63,720 nucleotides of DNA, filler included, from Lama guanicoe (GCA_013239625.1; 194 parts of 194 records of this genome joined end to end with filler, not necessarily neighbours in it); one strand, 5' to 3'; positions 13,385 through 25,557 are shown, counted from the first letter of the whole stretch. Notes: generated by a model not told the origin, from the letters alone. Translations and numbers: made by a program.

Positions 13385-15510
13385 NNNNNNNNNNNNNNNN
13401 NNNNNNNNNNNNNNNNNNNNNNNNNNNNTTAATTAATTAANNNNNNNNNNNNNNNNNNNNNNNNNNNNNNNNNNNNNNNNNNNNTAAAAAAATGAACTGG
13501 TGTCCTAGCTCATCTCTACACTCCTGTCCAAGTGACTGGGTGTGTCCTGCTCTGTGACCAAGTCTTGGCCTTACTTCCCTTGTGTCCCCAAACGTGGAAC
13601 TTCCCGTGTCTTGGACAGCCTGGGCTCCGTGTTCTCGTGTGTGACTTCCGCACCTGTCCTGCCCCCTGGGGCTCCGCCAGCTGCCCGGGTTGGTAGCTGG
13701 CCACTTCCCCGTCNNNNNNNNNNNNNNNNNNNNNNNNNNNNNNNNNNNNNNNNNNNNTTAATTAATTAANNNNNNNNNNNNNNNNNNNNNNNNNNNNNNN
13801 NNNNNNNNNNNNNAGGAGTTAAGCCTAAAGGTTGCAAGTGCCAGATCAAGAAAGAAGATGTTGTAGCCTATGTTGACTTTATCTTCAAAATGGTGAAGAG
13901 TCTGAGAGAATTTTAAGTAAAGACTGCATGGCCAGACTGGACTTCTGGAAAGATCATAGTGGTAGTCGGGTAGAGGAATTCATGGTGGACCCTATAACCT
14001 CAGAAGAAAGAAACTTATCACAGAACCCCAGACAGAAGAAGTNNNNNNNNNNNNNNNNNNNNNNNNNNNNNNNNNNNNNNNNNNNNTTAATTAATTAANN
14101 NNNNNNNNNNNNNNNNNNNNNNNNNNNNNNNNNNNNNNNNNNTTGAAGGACGGTTTCACGTACACTTATATCTCAGATTTGAGCATGTGGACAGACGTTC
14201 TTTCATCTAGCACAAAGGCACATGTGGCAGGAGACACTTACTCTGGTGTCTCAGTCTGTGTACTTTGGCCGGTTTGAAGTTCCCGCAGTTTTAACTGTAA
14301 GGCAGAGTTGTAGCCATAACCTACAAATACATATGTATGTAGTGGAGATACGAAATGAAAAGAAACTTTATNNNNNNNNNNNNNNNNNNNNNNNNNNNNN
14401 NNNNNNNNNNNNNNNTTAATTAATTAANNNNNNNNNNNNNNNNNNNNNNNNNNNNNNNNNNNNNNNNNNNNCTGCTCAAGCCATTTTAGTCATTGCTGGT
14501 GCTACTTCTACGTCTCTATATACCAACTTCTCTGGTGTTTGTTTGTTTTTTTAATTTAATGATGATGGAAAGGATTTGCTGAGAGTAATATGGTTTCTAT
14601 TTTTAATTATAAATGTTTAGTTCTTATAAGTACAATATTATGTATATTATGGCATTTATAGACATCTTTATGGATGTGTTTGTGTGTGTGTGACTATATG
14701 NNNNNNNNNNNNNNNNNNNNNNNNNNNNNNNNNNNNNNNNNNNNTTAATTAATTAANNNNNNNNNNNNNNNNNNNNNNNNNNNNNNNNNNNNNNNNNNNN
14801 GAATAGGGAATTTTAATTGATATAACTTTAAAATACTGCAAATACTTGATGAATGGCAAATTGTCAGACTTCTTTCTTTACTGTTTTGCTAAAACCCTTT
14901 GCCTTTAAAGAGAACGTGAAATGTTAAGGCATCAAAAAGTTTTTCTGTATCTTATTTCTGTTAAAGGCTTTTAAAATTTATTTATTTATTTTTGCTCTGA
15001 GTCAATATGCTCAACAAAAAGCTCTCATCNNNNNNNNNNNNNNNNNNNNNNNNNNNNNNNNNNNNNNNNNNNNTTAATTAATTAANNNNNNNNNNNNNNN
15101 NNNNNNNNNNNNNNNNNNNNNNNNNNNNNGGTGAGTGTAAAATCAAAGATGAAACAAGAGTTGAGTAAACACAGTCTCTTGACGAGAGCTGATATACTGG
15201 GCGGTGGAAAGACAAGACGCCTTCTTCAGAACAAAGCGAAAGCCAGTCCCGTGATCCAGGGTAAAGGGCTGTTAGAGAACCCAGGGGGCGCTTGGGCACC
15301 TGATGCAAGTACGTTTTGATTTTGGATGGGATGAAAATGTTGGTGCTTTATGAGGAACNNNNNNNNNNNNNNNNNNNNNNNNNNNNNNNNNNNNNNNNNN
15401 NNTTAATTAATTAANNNNNNNNNNNNNNNNNNNNNNNNNNNNNNNNNNNNNNNNNNNNGCAGAGCACAAAGAGTGAACCTTGATTACACAGATTAAGAAA
15501 GAAAATCCTA

Positions 15511-15649
15511 GGAGGAGGGTATAGCTCAGTGGTAGAGCGCATGCTTACTATGTACAAGGTCCTGGGTTCAATTCCCAGTACCTCTATTAAGTAAACAGAT
15601 AGATAAATAAACCTAATACCCCCCCCAAAAATAAAATTAAATAAATAAA
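15511..15649 (+). mobile_element. tRNA-derived SINE, camelid Vic-1 type, near full length
   Basis: Head GGAGGGTATAGCTCAGTGGTAGAGCGCATGCTTA, Pol III A box 15522-15532, B box GGTTCAATTCC 15565-15575, then AAATAAACCTAAT, a C run and an A-rich tail. Confidence 0.9.
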
Positions 15650-16774
15650 GAAGACAGAAGCCTTGAAAAAAGTTAGAAAGAAAGAGANNNNNNNNNNNNN
15701 NNNNNNNNNNNNNNNNNNNNNNNNNNNNNNNTTAATTAATTAANNNNNNNNNNNNNNNNNNNNNNNNNNNNNNNNNNNNNNNNNNNNATGACACAGCCTG
15801 GCTAGTTACCCTGATAAATTATTACCTCTCCAAATTGTAGCTGGCACCCTGGCCTCAGTCACACTTGCTAGTGACAGTCCCATGCCCATTTGGTCATTTC
15901 CCCCTCATTCTTTTGTTGTTTATTAGCAGGTGAAAGGTAGTAAGTCTATTTTTGGTTAAAACTGAACACTGCCATACCAGGATAAATGAATACAAAAAAA
16001 ATCTGTCTATTGCAAANNNNNNNNNNNNNNNNNNNNNNNNNNNNNNNNNNNNNNNNNNNNTTAATTAATTAANNNNNNNNNNNNNNNNNNNNNNNNNNNN
16101 NNNNNNNNNNNNNNNNTGAGAGAAAGCGGAAGGCGTTTAGAGGTTTAGATCTGAAGAGGTGGTGCGTTACTTACAGTTCTTTTCTCTCTTGGCCCAAATG
16201 ACAACCTCCTCTCCCGAAGAGAAGCGTCTCCGCCAGAGGCACGGGGCTGGGCAGGTGGGCGGTGGCCGCCACGGCCTCCTGGGAGTTGAGTTTTCGTCTC
16301 CTCCGTCCCGTCTTTAAACTGGCCAACATTTAAAAATAAAGTTGTNNNNNNNNNNNNNNNNNNNNNNNNNNNNNNNNNNNNNNNNNNNNTTAATTAATTA
16401 ANNNNNNNNNNNNNNNNNNNNNNNNNNNNNNNNNNNNNNNNNNNNCATTGGATGGGTAAGTTTTTCTAGAGGAGGAAGTGGGGGAGTGGGGAGCTGGGTA
16501 AAACAGGACAGGTCTGGATATACTGGCACCTGGGTAGGTATATGATAGTGTATAGAAAACATGGGGGAAAAAGATGCCCGGAAAGTTCCAACTGCTTGAA
16601 AATTGCTTCTGAAGCATGGTGCATGGGGCAATGTTGCTGCTCCAATTAGATCCCATTGGATTCCTGTTTAACATNNNNNNNNNNNNNNNNNNNNNNNNNN
16701 NNNNNNNNNNNNNNNNNNTTAATTAATTAANNNNNNNNNNNNNNNNNNNNNNNNNNNNNNNNNNNNNNNNNNNN

Positions 16775-17003
16775 ATAAAGAGGTGGGCACACTTCCCAAT
16801 TCATTCAATGAGACTAGTATCACTCTGATACCAAAACTAGACAAAGGCATCACAAGAAAAATAAAGACTATCTCTTATGAATATAAGTGAAAAAATCCTC
16901 AACAGAATACAAGCAAATCCAATCCAGTAACATATAAATTAGACCACAATTAAGTGGGATGTATCCAGGTATGAAAAGGCAGTTCAACATACAAAAGTCA
17001 ATT
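16775..17003 (+). mobile_element. L1 ORF2 reverse transcriptase N-terminal fragment (degenerate)
   Basis: Encodes GTLPNSFNETSITLIPKLDK..LMNI..KILNRI.AN.IQ, the L1 ORF2 motif, with stops and indels. Confidence 0.92.
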
Positions 17004-18098
17004 NNNNNNNNNNNNNNNNNNNNNNNNNNNNNNNNNNNNNNNNNNNNTTAATTAATTAANNNNNNNNNNNNNNNNNNNNNNNNNNNNNNNNNNNNNNNNN
17101 NNNTTCAGGGAACAATTAAAATCATCTTCTACTCAGTGACTATAAGAGAGACACTGAATATTGTCTCCTTGGCAAAAGACTATAATGCAATGAAATGAAT
17201 CGTGAACTTGAAAAAGAGTCTTGAAATTAAAAGCATTGATGTCAATATATTTTTAAAGAGATTAAATGGGTCAAATAGGAGAACTGATTTAAACAATGCT
17301 ACTGGTCAGGGAGGAGGACATTTTTCTCTATCNNNNNNNNNNNNNNNNNNNNNNNNNNNNNNNNNNNNNNNNNNNNTTAATTAATTAANNNNNNNNNNNN
17401 NNNNNNNNNNNNNNNNNNNNNNNNNNNNNNNNCAATAACAACAAAAGCTACATTTTATTGAGTTTTTAATATATGCCAGACGCTATACGTAGTGTTGACA
17501 GTGTACACATAGTGGACCCTACATAGAAAGATTACATTATATAATAAATGTTGTATAATTTTCTTGATAACCCAGTAAGGTAGGTTTTTGTGGGATTCTT
17601 TGGTTTGGCTTATTTTTTATTTTGTTGTAGTTGCTGCTTCATCTTATGGTTCAGGAAATTCNNNNNNNNNNNNNNNNNNNNNNNNNNNNNNNNNNNNNNN
17701 NNNNNTTAATTAATTAANNNNNNNNNNNNNNNNNNNNNNNNNNNNNNNNNNNNNNNNNNNNCCAAGGGTAGATCTCGCTGGTTCAATAAGTGACTTGGGT
17801 AATTATTAAACAAAAACACTAATTTTATTCAGTGTTTGCTAAAATGAATAAAACGAATGAAAAGATTCCAATACCTGCTTTGAAAAAAAGAGTAATTAGC
17901 TACCTGGAAAGTAAAGATGAAGGTTGTATGCTTCATGCCCTTTGACCCTTGAACAGGCCCCGAGACCAGCTCGCGTGCTGCTCTTGTTACNNNNNNNNNN
18001 NNNNNNNNNNNNNNNNNNNNNNNNNNNNNNNNNNTTAATTAATTAANNNNNNNNNNNNNNNNNNNNNNNNNNNNNNNNNNNNNNNNNNNNGAGGTGAG

Positions 18099-18176
18099 GC
18101 CTGCTGGCTGCATTTCGAACACGTCCCCAGGTGATGCTCCGCTCTTGCTCCCAGGAACACACTTTGGAGAACTGCA
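18099..18176. mobile_element. MER5A-like hAT-Charlie remnant
   Basis: 'ctgcatttcgaacacgtccccaggtgatgct...aacacactttggagaactgc'. Confidence 0.7.
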
Positions 18177-19406
18177 GACCCAGACTGCCGGCCTCGCATC
18201 CAGTTTCCCTGTGATTAGTGTTCCTCAACTGCAATTTATTTGGTTCTACTATCATTTCCCTAAGAAATCACTTAAAGATGTCACTTCTGCGCTCAGACCC
18301 TTCAGTAATCCATTCCTCTNNNNNNNNNNNNNNNNNNNNNNNNNNNNNNNNNNNNNNNNNNNNTTAATTAATTAANNNNNNNNNNNNNNNNNNNNNNNNN
18401 NNNNNNNNNNNNNNNNNNNAGGGTGCATTTCATTCTTTTTATTGGTAGCATCACATGAATCTGGGACAATAGAGTTGATCCAGAGGGTAAGATATGGAAT
18501 CAGAGGAAAACCGTATATATGGAAAATTTTTGAGATGCACACTCAGGGTGATTTGCAACTCTGTCCTCAGAAGACAAACCCTTCCATTCTCCAGTTTCAT
18601 CCGCAAATGTCCCAGCCACACCTCAGTCGGTAGAAACAATTTTGCTTTNNNNNNNNNNNNNNNNNNNNNNNNNNNNNNNNNNNNNNNNNNNNTTAATTAA
18701 TTAANNNNNNNNNNNNNNNNNNNNNNNNNNNNNNNNNNNNNNNNNNNNAATGATTGACCACAGACGAACACTTTTTGGGCCAGTTCATCTTCCCACCACC
18801 CTGAAGCCACTGCTCTGTAGCCCGTTTCCGCGTAATTTTTTATTTGCGAATGCAAGATGATTCTGCATGCTAATTGCTGAGGCCCATGCACTTGAAGATA
18901 ATCTCATTAATAACTCAGTTCACTTCACTGTTCTTGATCTTTGTCCTGTGGCTGTAAATGCATTAGAAATGTCAGGANNNNNNNNNNNNNNNNNNNNNNN
19001 NNNNNNNNNNNNNNNNNNNNNTTAATTAATTAANNNNNNNNNNNNNNNNNNNNNNNNNNNNNNNNNNNNNNNNNNNNCCTTCAGTAGGTGCTAGGATCAG
19101 TGTGCCTGCAATTACAGGGCTAATGCATGAATGCTTTGTATACTCCATCAAGATCCTCAAAAACAAAAACTATTCTGGTGATACATATCCCCCTAGATTT
19201 TATTAAAACATTTTTTATTCCATTAAAAGCAATGTGTCTCAGCAGTGGACAATCTACGTTACATTTCTGAACATTTTAAAGAACCAAACCCAGCAGCCTC
19301 ATCCCTNNNNNNNNNNNNNNNNNNNNNNNNNNNNNNNNNNNNNNNNNNNNTTAATTAATTAANNNNNNNNNNNNNNNNNNNNNNNNNNNNNNNNNNNNNN
19401 NNNNNN

Positions 19407-19635
19407 GTTTGGAGACAGAAGGGACTGTGTGAGAGTCATTATGTAGATTAGGCTTGAAAGACTAAAAAGACTTTTTTAATTGCAACAGAATTAAAAAAAT
19501 TTCAAATACATTCCTTTAAATGGTAGCTTTATGGAACATAACCACCTACTTGGTGATTATTAAGTATTAAATAGACATGCTGGTTATGAAAAAGAGATAA
19601 GGAGGCCAGATTAATGAGATCCAAAGCTATAATTT
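19407..19635 (+). repeat. Near-duplicate contig B1 (partner 19736-19964)
   Basis: 6 substitutions and 49 identical bases at each end. Confidence 0.97.
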
Positions 19636-19735
19636 NNNNNNNNNNNNNNNNNNNNNNNNNNNNNNNNNNNNNNNNNNNNTTAATTAATTAANNNNNNNNN
19701 NNNNNNNNNNNNNNNNNNNNNNNNNNNNNNNNNNN

Positions 19736-19964
19736 GTTTGGAGACAGAAGGGACTGTGTGAGAGTCATTATGTAGATTAGGCTTAAAAGACTAAAAAGAC
19801 ATTTTTAATTGCAACAGAATTAAAAAAATTTCAAATACATTCCTTTTAATGGTAGCTTTGTGGAACATAACCGCCTACTTGGTGATTATTAAGTATTAAA
19901 TAGACATGCTGGTTGTGAAAAAGAGATAAGGAGGCCAGATTAATGAGATCCAAAGCTATAATTT
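19736..19964 (+). repeat. Near-duplicate contig B2 (partner 19407-19635)
   Basis: Direct alignment to 19407-19635. Confidence 0.97.
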
Positions 19965-20196
19965 NNNNNNNNNNNNNNNNNNNNNNNNNNNNNNNNNNNN
20001 NNNNNNNNTTAATTAATTAANNNNNNNNNNNNNNNNNNNNNNNNNNNNNNNNNNNNNNNNNNNNTTCTATTCTAGTTAACAAAGGTTTACTAAACACCTA
20101 CTATTTCCTAGGCATTGGGGATGCAGAGGTAAATAAGTCTAGACATTTAGGATGTAAGCTTGAAGATAGATGTTTGTAATATTAATAGAAGAAAGC

Positions 20197-20220
20197 AGAT
20201 AGATAGATAGATAGATAGAT
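20197..20220. repeat. (AGAT)6 microsatellite
   Basis: Six perfect AGAT units. Confidence 0.95.
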
Positions 20221-20393
20221 AATGAATGAAATCCAGAGTACAACCAGATCCACATGGGGGAGGGGAAAGGATAAACACTAAGAGACAATGACANNNNNNN
20301 NNNNNNNNNNNNNNNNNNNNNNNNNNNNNNNNNNNNNTTAATTAATTAANNNNNNNNNNNNNNNNNNNNNNNNNNNNNNNNNNNNNNNNNNNN

Positions 20394-20506
20394 CCCCGTG
20401 ACCCCGCGTCGACGTCGGGAGCGCGCCAGCCCGGGGCGCCGCGCGATTGGCCGGCCGGGCGCCCGTTCCCAGAATGCAGCGCATGGCGCGTCATTGAAGA
20501 GAGACC
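20394..20506 (+). promoter_or_regulatory. XPO4: CpG-island promoter/5' leader of XPO4
   Basis: Very GC- and CpG-rich, with an inverted CCAAT box (ATTGG 20446-20450) and a ZNF143-like TTCCCAGAATGCA at about 20466-20478, directly upstream of the XPO4 ATG. Confidence 0.8.
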
Positions 20507-20575
20507 ATGATGGCGGCGGCGCTGGGGCCCCCAGAAGTGATCGCTCAGCTGGAGAACGCGGCCAAAGTTCTGATG
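20507..20575 (+). CDS. XPO4: Exportin-4, first coding exon (partial CDS)
   Basis: ACC-ATG Kozak context, translates to MMAAALGPPEVIAQLENAAKVLM (the recalled exportin-4 N-terminus), followed by canonical donor GTGAGT at 20576. Confidence 0.95.
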
Positions 20576-20722
20576 GTGAGTGGCCGCGGCCCAGGGCCCC
20601 GCGCCCGCGGCCCCTGGCGGTGNNNNNNNNNNNNNNNNNNNNNNNNNNNNNNNNNNNNNNNNNNNNTTAATTAATTAANNNNNNNNNNNNNNNNNNNNNN
20701 NNNNNNNNNNNNNNNNNNNNNN

Positions 20723-20951
20723 ATTTTGTGTATATTTCCCTATGCTATACAGTGTAATCTTGTTTATCTATACTACAATTTTGAAATCCCAATCTATCCT
20801 TTCCCACCCACAACCCCCCTGCCAACCACAAGTCTGTATTCTCTATGAGACTATTTCTGTCCTGTATTTACAGTTTGTTTTTGTTTGTTTGTTTATTTTT
20901 TACTTTCTTTTTTAGATTCCACATATGAGTGATCTCATATGGTATTTTTCT
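20723..20951 (-). mobile_element. L1 3' UTR fragment
   Basis: 'tttccctatgctatacag...tttagattccacatatgagtgatctcatatggtattttt'. Confidence 0.88.
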
Positions 20952-22367
20952 NNNNNNNNNNNNNNNNNNNNNNNNNNNNNNNNNNNNNNNNNNNNTTAAT
21001 TAATTAANNNNNNNNNNNNNNNNNNNNNNNNNNNNNNNNNNNNNNNNNNNNAAATATTCACCCCAGTATTGTTTATAATAGCAAAACTTGGCAAACAACT
21101 TGCCTTCTTTATCTAACATCTTAGGGTAAAGAAATATCTGTATTTGTAGATACATTTGTGGACCCTCATCCTGAATGACTACAGAGTCTCCCATTGATTA
21201 CTACATAATTAGGGTAATTAATATATGCAAGGATTTAAGAACGATGTTACATAAGCCCTTTATTATGTTCAATTAGTTGANNNNNNNNNNNNNNNNNNNN
21301 NNNNNNNNNNNNNNNNNNNNNNNNTTAATTAATTAANNNNNNNNNNNNNNNNNNNNNNNNNNNNNNNNNNNNNNNNNNNNTGTCTCAACCCACCTACAAC
21401 GAATATCCAGAAAAATGCTAAGTAAGCACTGAATTTATAGACAAGAAATTGTTCATCTACATAAGCAAAGAAAAATGCAGCAGGTAGAAAAAAATGAAGT
21501 CTTGTAGTTTCTAAATGTTTACCTTTTATAGTTTTGGACTTTAAGACCCATAAGTCATTCTTAGAAGAAGAATAAAATTACATGAATTCAATGCCATGAT
21601 CTTATAATCNNNNNNNNNNNNNNNNNNNNNNNNNNNNNNNNNNNNNNNNNNNNTTAATTAATTAANNNNNNNNNNNNNNNNNNNNNNNNNNNNNNNNNNN
21701 NNNNNNNNNAGTGGGACTACCTTCTCCCCACTCCCAACTCCAACTCCAGCTTCTGAGGATTCTACCCTCTCGGATACTGCAGACTCTGCATCTTCCCAAG
21801 ACACACACGAGTGCCACGACCCTCCTTTCAGACTTCTTCCTGGCTGGCCCTGCCCACCCCCCGGCCCCTTAAAGATAAATGGCATTGGACTGAAAATCTC
21901 AAACGCCGCTGACTGACACACCAAAGCTGCATGGTCTGNNNNNNNNNNNNNNNNNNNNNNNNNNNNNNNNNNNNNNNNNNNNTTAATTAATTAANNNNNN
22001 NNNNNNNNNNNNNNNNNNNNNNNNNNNNNNNNNNNNNNATAAAGGCTAGGTCTTAGCCAGTTTTGATACCAAAAAGGGAGAAAGTGGTTGAAGCCGGCAA
22101 GACAGCAGCCTGTTACAGCGGGGATCTGGGGGAGAGGGACGAGCAGGGGGCTGAAATAAACCAGCTCCCCTCAAATCAAGCTGCAAAACACAAAGTCACA
22201 GAAAAGCAATGTGTCAGGAGAACGATCCCCAGAGGTCTGTGTCCTAACACCACCCCGGGGGCGGGTCNNNNNNNNNNNNNNNNNNNNNNNNNNNNNNNNN
22301 NNNNNNNNNNNTTAATTAATTAANNNNNNNNNNNNNNNNNNNNNNNNNNNNNNNNNNNNNNNNNNNN

Positions 22368-22502
22368 GCGTGCTTGTCTCTGCATTCGTGTGTTTGCACG
22401 TGTGCATGTGTGTACACGTGCATGCATGCATTTACATGTGTGCTATGTCTGCATGTGTTTGCACTGTGCATGTGTGCACATGTATATGTGTGCACGTGCA
22501 TG
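22368..22502. repeat. Degenerate (TG)/(CA) alternating purine-pyrimidine repeat
   Basis: tgtgcatgtgtgtacacgtgcatgc... low-complexity tract. Confidence 0.85.
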
Positions 22503-23811
22503 GATGCTGGTCTTTACGGAGCCCACTCGAGTGATGTGGAAAAAGCAGCTTTATTAAAAGCTGGTCTGGAGGCTCATTCTCCACGTCACCCAAGTGNNNN
22601 NNNNNNNNNNNNNNNNNNNNNNNNNNNNNNNNNNNNNNNNTTAATTAATTAANNNNNNNNNNNNNNNNNNNNNNNNNNNNNNNNNNNNNNNNNNNNACCC
22701 ACACAGAGGATAGAATCATCATCTCACATCTTTAAAAACTCCACTATATGGCAGCCGAAGATAAAAAGCAAAATTGTTAGAAATATAAGGAAAAGTTAGG
22801 GAGCTATCTGTGGCCCCCACATGGAATTTTTTTTCATCCTGCGTCTATGACATTGCTTCTTGTTAAGTAAAGAACTAAACATAAAGAAACCTGCCTTCTA
22901 TATTTAGAATTCTTGATGTCCAATANNNNNNNNNNNNNNNNNNNNNNNNNNNNNNNNNNNNNNNNNNNNTTAATTAATTAANNNNNNNNNNNNNNNNNNN
23001 NNNNNNNNNNNNNNNNNNNNNNNNNACCTCTCTTCACTGGTCAAGTCTACATCTCCTTATCCTTTCCAGCCTCCCTATGTGAAGACTCTTTTATGACTCC
23101 ATGTTTATCTGTAAAAATACACTGTTGTTTTGGGCAAATGACACATAGATGTAATTTTTTTTCACTTTACATTATGTTTTTTTTAACTGGCAATCTTTAT
23201 ATATATAGATTAATTTTAACTGTTGTATGATATTTGTAGAAAAAACACTTCTGTNNNNNNNNNNNNNNNNNNNNNNNNNNNNNNNNNNNNNNNNNNNNTT
23301 AATTAATTAANNNNNNNNNNNNNNNNNNNNNNNNNNNNNNNNNNNNNNNNNNNNCCTGTTGTGCAGTGAGCAGACTGAGTTTGGACTCAGTAACCACATG
23401 AAGGGTGAGACCCATCGTCTGAGCACTCTGCAGGCTGGGCCTCCTTTTCCCCGGGTGCTGCCAAGAGGTGGGCCTGGGCTTGGAGGGACCACATCCTCCG
23501 GGAGGGCCGCAATCAGCCAGGGCTTCCCCCTTGCTCAAGTTTTCACTTTCATCTCTTCCCAGGTCCTCAGTGGGGAACCAGCANNNNNNNNNNNNNNNNN
23601 NNNNNNNNNNNNNNNNNNNNNNNNNNNTTAATTAATTAANNNNNNNNNNNNNNNNNNNNNNNNNNNNNNNNNNNNNNNNNNNNAAGCCAGCTGCCTGGCT
23701 CGAGTCTACGTGCTGGGCTAGTGCACCCCACCGCCTTTCTACAAAACAGGATATACGACTCCATATTCATGATATAATGAGTGTGATAAAGTGTCAGGGA
23801 AATTCGTGTTG

Positions 23812-23912
23812 GGAGAAAGGAAGAAAGAGAGAAAGAGACACAGAGAGATGAAGAAAGAGGGAAAGGGGGGGGGGAAGGATGGAAGGAAAGAAAGGAAAGG
23901 GAGGGAAGGGAG
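23812..23912. repeat. Polypurine (GA-rich) low-complexity tract
   Basis: Almost only G and A to the contig end. Confidence 0.9.
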
Positions 23913-24341
23913 NNNNNNNNNNNNNNNNNNNNNNNNNNNNNNNNNNNNNNNNNNNNTTAATTAATTAANNNNNNNNNNNNNNNNNNNNNNNNNNNNNNNN
24001 NNNNNNNNNNNNAAGAACATTTAGAAACAGGTTGCAAATGCACATCAATTATTTCCAGTTGATTAAAAAAAAAAGTGGGATTTTAACCTCATTACTTTTT
24101 TTTTTTCCCTTTTGATAAAGTTACTGCTGGTTGAAAACATTCCTTGGTGGAAAACGTTCCTTGGTGAAAAACAAACTCAAGCCCAGTTGTGCATCTTTTC
24201 CTCTAGTCATGAAAGAGAATGTGGAGAAAATGCACCAATTTNNNNNNNNNNNNNNNNNNNNNNNNNNNNNNNNNNNNNNNNNNNNTTAATTAATTAANNN
24301 NNNNNNNNNNNNNNNNNNNNNNNNNNNNNNNNNNNNNNNNN

Positions 24342-24570
24342 AGAAGAGAGTAAAAATAGAGAAAAACAAATGAAAAGAACTACAAAACCATCAAGAAAAT
24401 AATTAACAAAATGGCAATAAGTATAAACCTATCAATAGTTATTTTAAATGAAAATGCACAAAAAGCTCCAATCAAAAAACACAGTCACTGAATGGCTGAA
24501 AAATCAATACCCATGCATACGATGTGTTCAGGAAACTCAATATCTAAGGACACACACAGACTGAAAATGA
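24342..24570 (+). mobile_element. L1 ORF2 start (endonuclease N-terminus, degenerate)
   Basis: MAISINLSIVILNENA..APIK..EWLK.Q.P.I.CVQET..KDTHRLK resembles the L1 endonuclease start. Confidence 0.9.
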
Positions 24571-25328
24571 NNNNNNNNNNNNNNNNNNNNNNNNNNNNNN
24601 NNNNNNNNNNNNNNTTAATTAATTAANNNNNNNNNNNNNNNNNNNNNNNNNNNNNNNNNNNNNNNNNNNNACACTTAGCCTAGACTCTGTTCTATGATCA
24701 CAACTTGATACCGTGCAGGCTACAAGTAAGTGATAGAGAATCATAAGAGCTACATGTTCTTGCAAAACTTCATGACTTTCATCCAGAGCTAGTTGTATTT
24801 GCAGGATGACTAGGTATTTATATATGTACTTTAATTTTAATAGGCACGGAAAGGCCCTGCTCCTAAATCAGCCATTTGTTGCATGAAAGTACCACCTGTN
24901 NNNNNNNNNNNNNNNNNNNNNNNNNNNNNNNNNNNNNNNNNNNTTAATTAATTAANNNNNNNNNNNNNNNNNNNNNNNNNNNNNNNNNNNNNNNNNNNNA
25001 ATATGGGAGTCAATTTAAATAATTTCTTGTAAGGAAGAAGAGAAAATGAAAGAATTAGGAATAAGACTAAAACACGGAGAGTGGGAAAAGTACTAAATCG
25101 TTTCTTGTTCATCCTGGAAAGTATTAAAAGTGTTAAGTTAGGACAGGTTGGAACAGGAGATAAATGCAGGAACCAGCCTAGGGATCATGGTCTCTATTAT
25201 GTCATCCCTGGAATCATAAAAGTCACATNNNNNNNNNNNNNNNNNNNNNNNNNNNNNNNNNNNNNNNNNNNNTTAATTAATTAANNNNNNNNNNNNNNNN
25301 NNNNNNNNNNNNNNNNNNNNNNNNNNNN

Positions 25329-25557
25329 CACAAAATTGTAAAAGAAGACATCTAAATCATTGACAGTGGGAGAGGGAGGCAGGAAAATATAGAATTTTTT
25401 TCTCTTCCTTTTTAAGTGTTTTGTTCTCAGTAGGATGAGCTTCGGATCATGTTACTATCAATTTAATAAAAATAGTTATAGCAATGGGCTAATGGACTTA
25501 CAAAAAAAGGTAACCATAAGCCAAAAACTTACAAGAGAGTCACAAAAACTAAATAAA
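25329..25557 (+). mobile_element. L1 inter-ORF region fragment
   Basis: A-rich, with 'gtaaccataagccaaaaacttacaagagagtcacaaaaactaaa' as in the artiodactyl L1 ORF1-ORF2 spacer. Confidence 0.65.

Noticed and set aside
15511..15585. tRNA gene
   Set aside because: It has no proper acceptor stem or T-run terminator and continues into a SINE tail.
20398..20670. Arg/Pro-rich 90-aa ORF from the track
   Set aside because: It is the wrong frame across a CpG island. The real coding sequence is XPO4 at 20507-20575.
22316..22652. Cys/His-rich ORFs suggesting a metal-binding protein
   Set aside because: These are translations of a degenerate TG/CA repeat.
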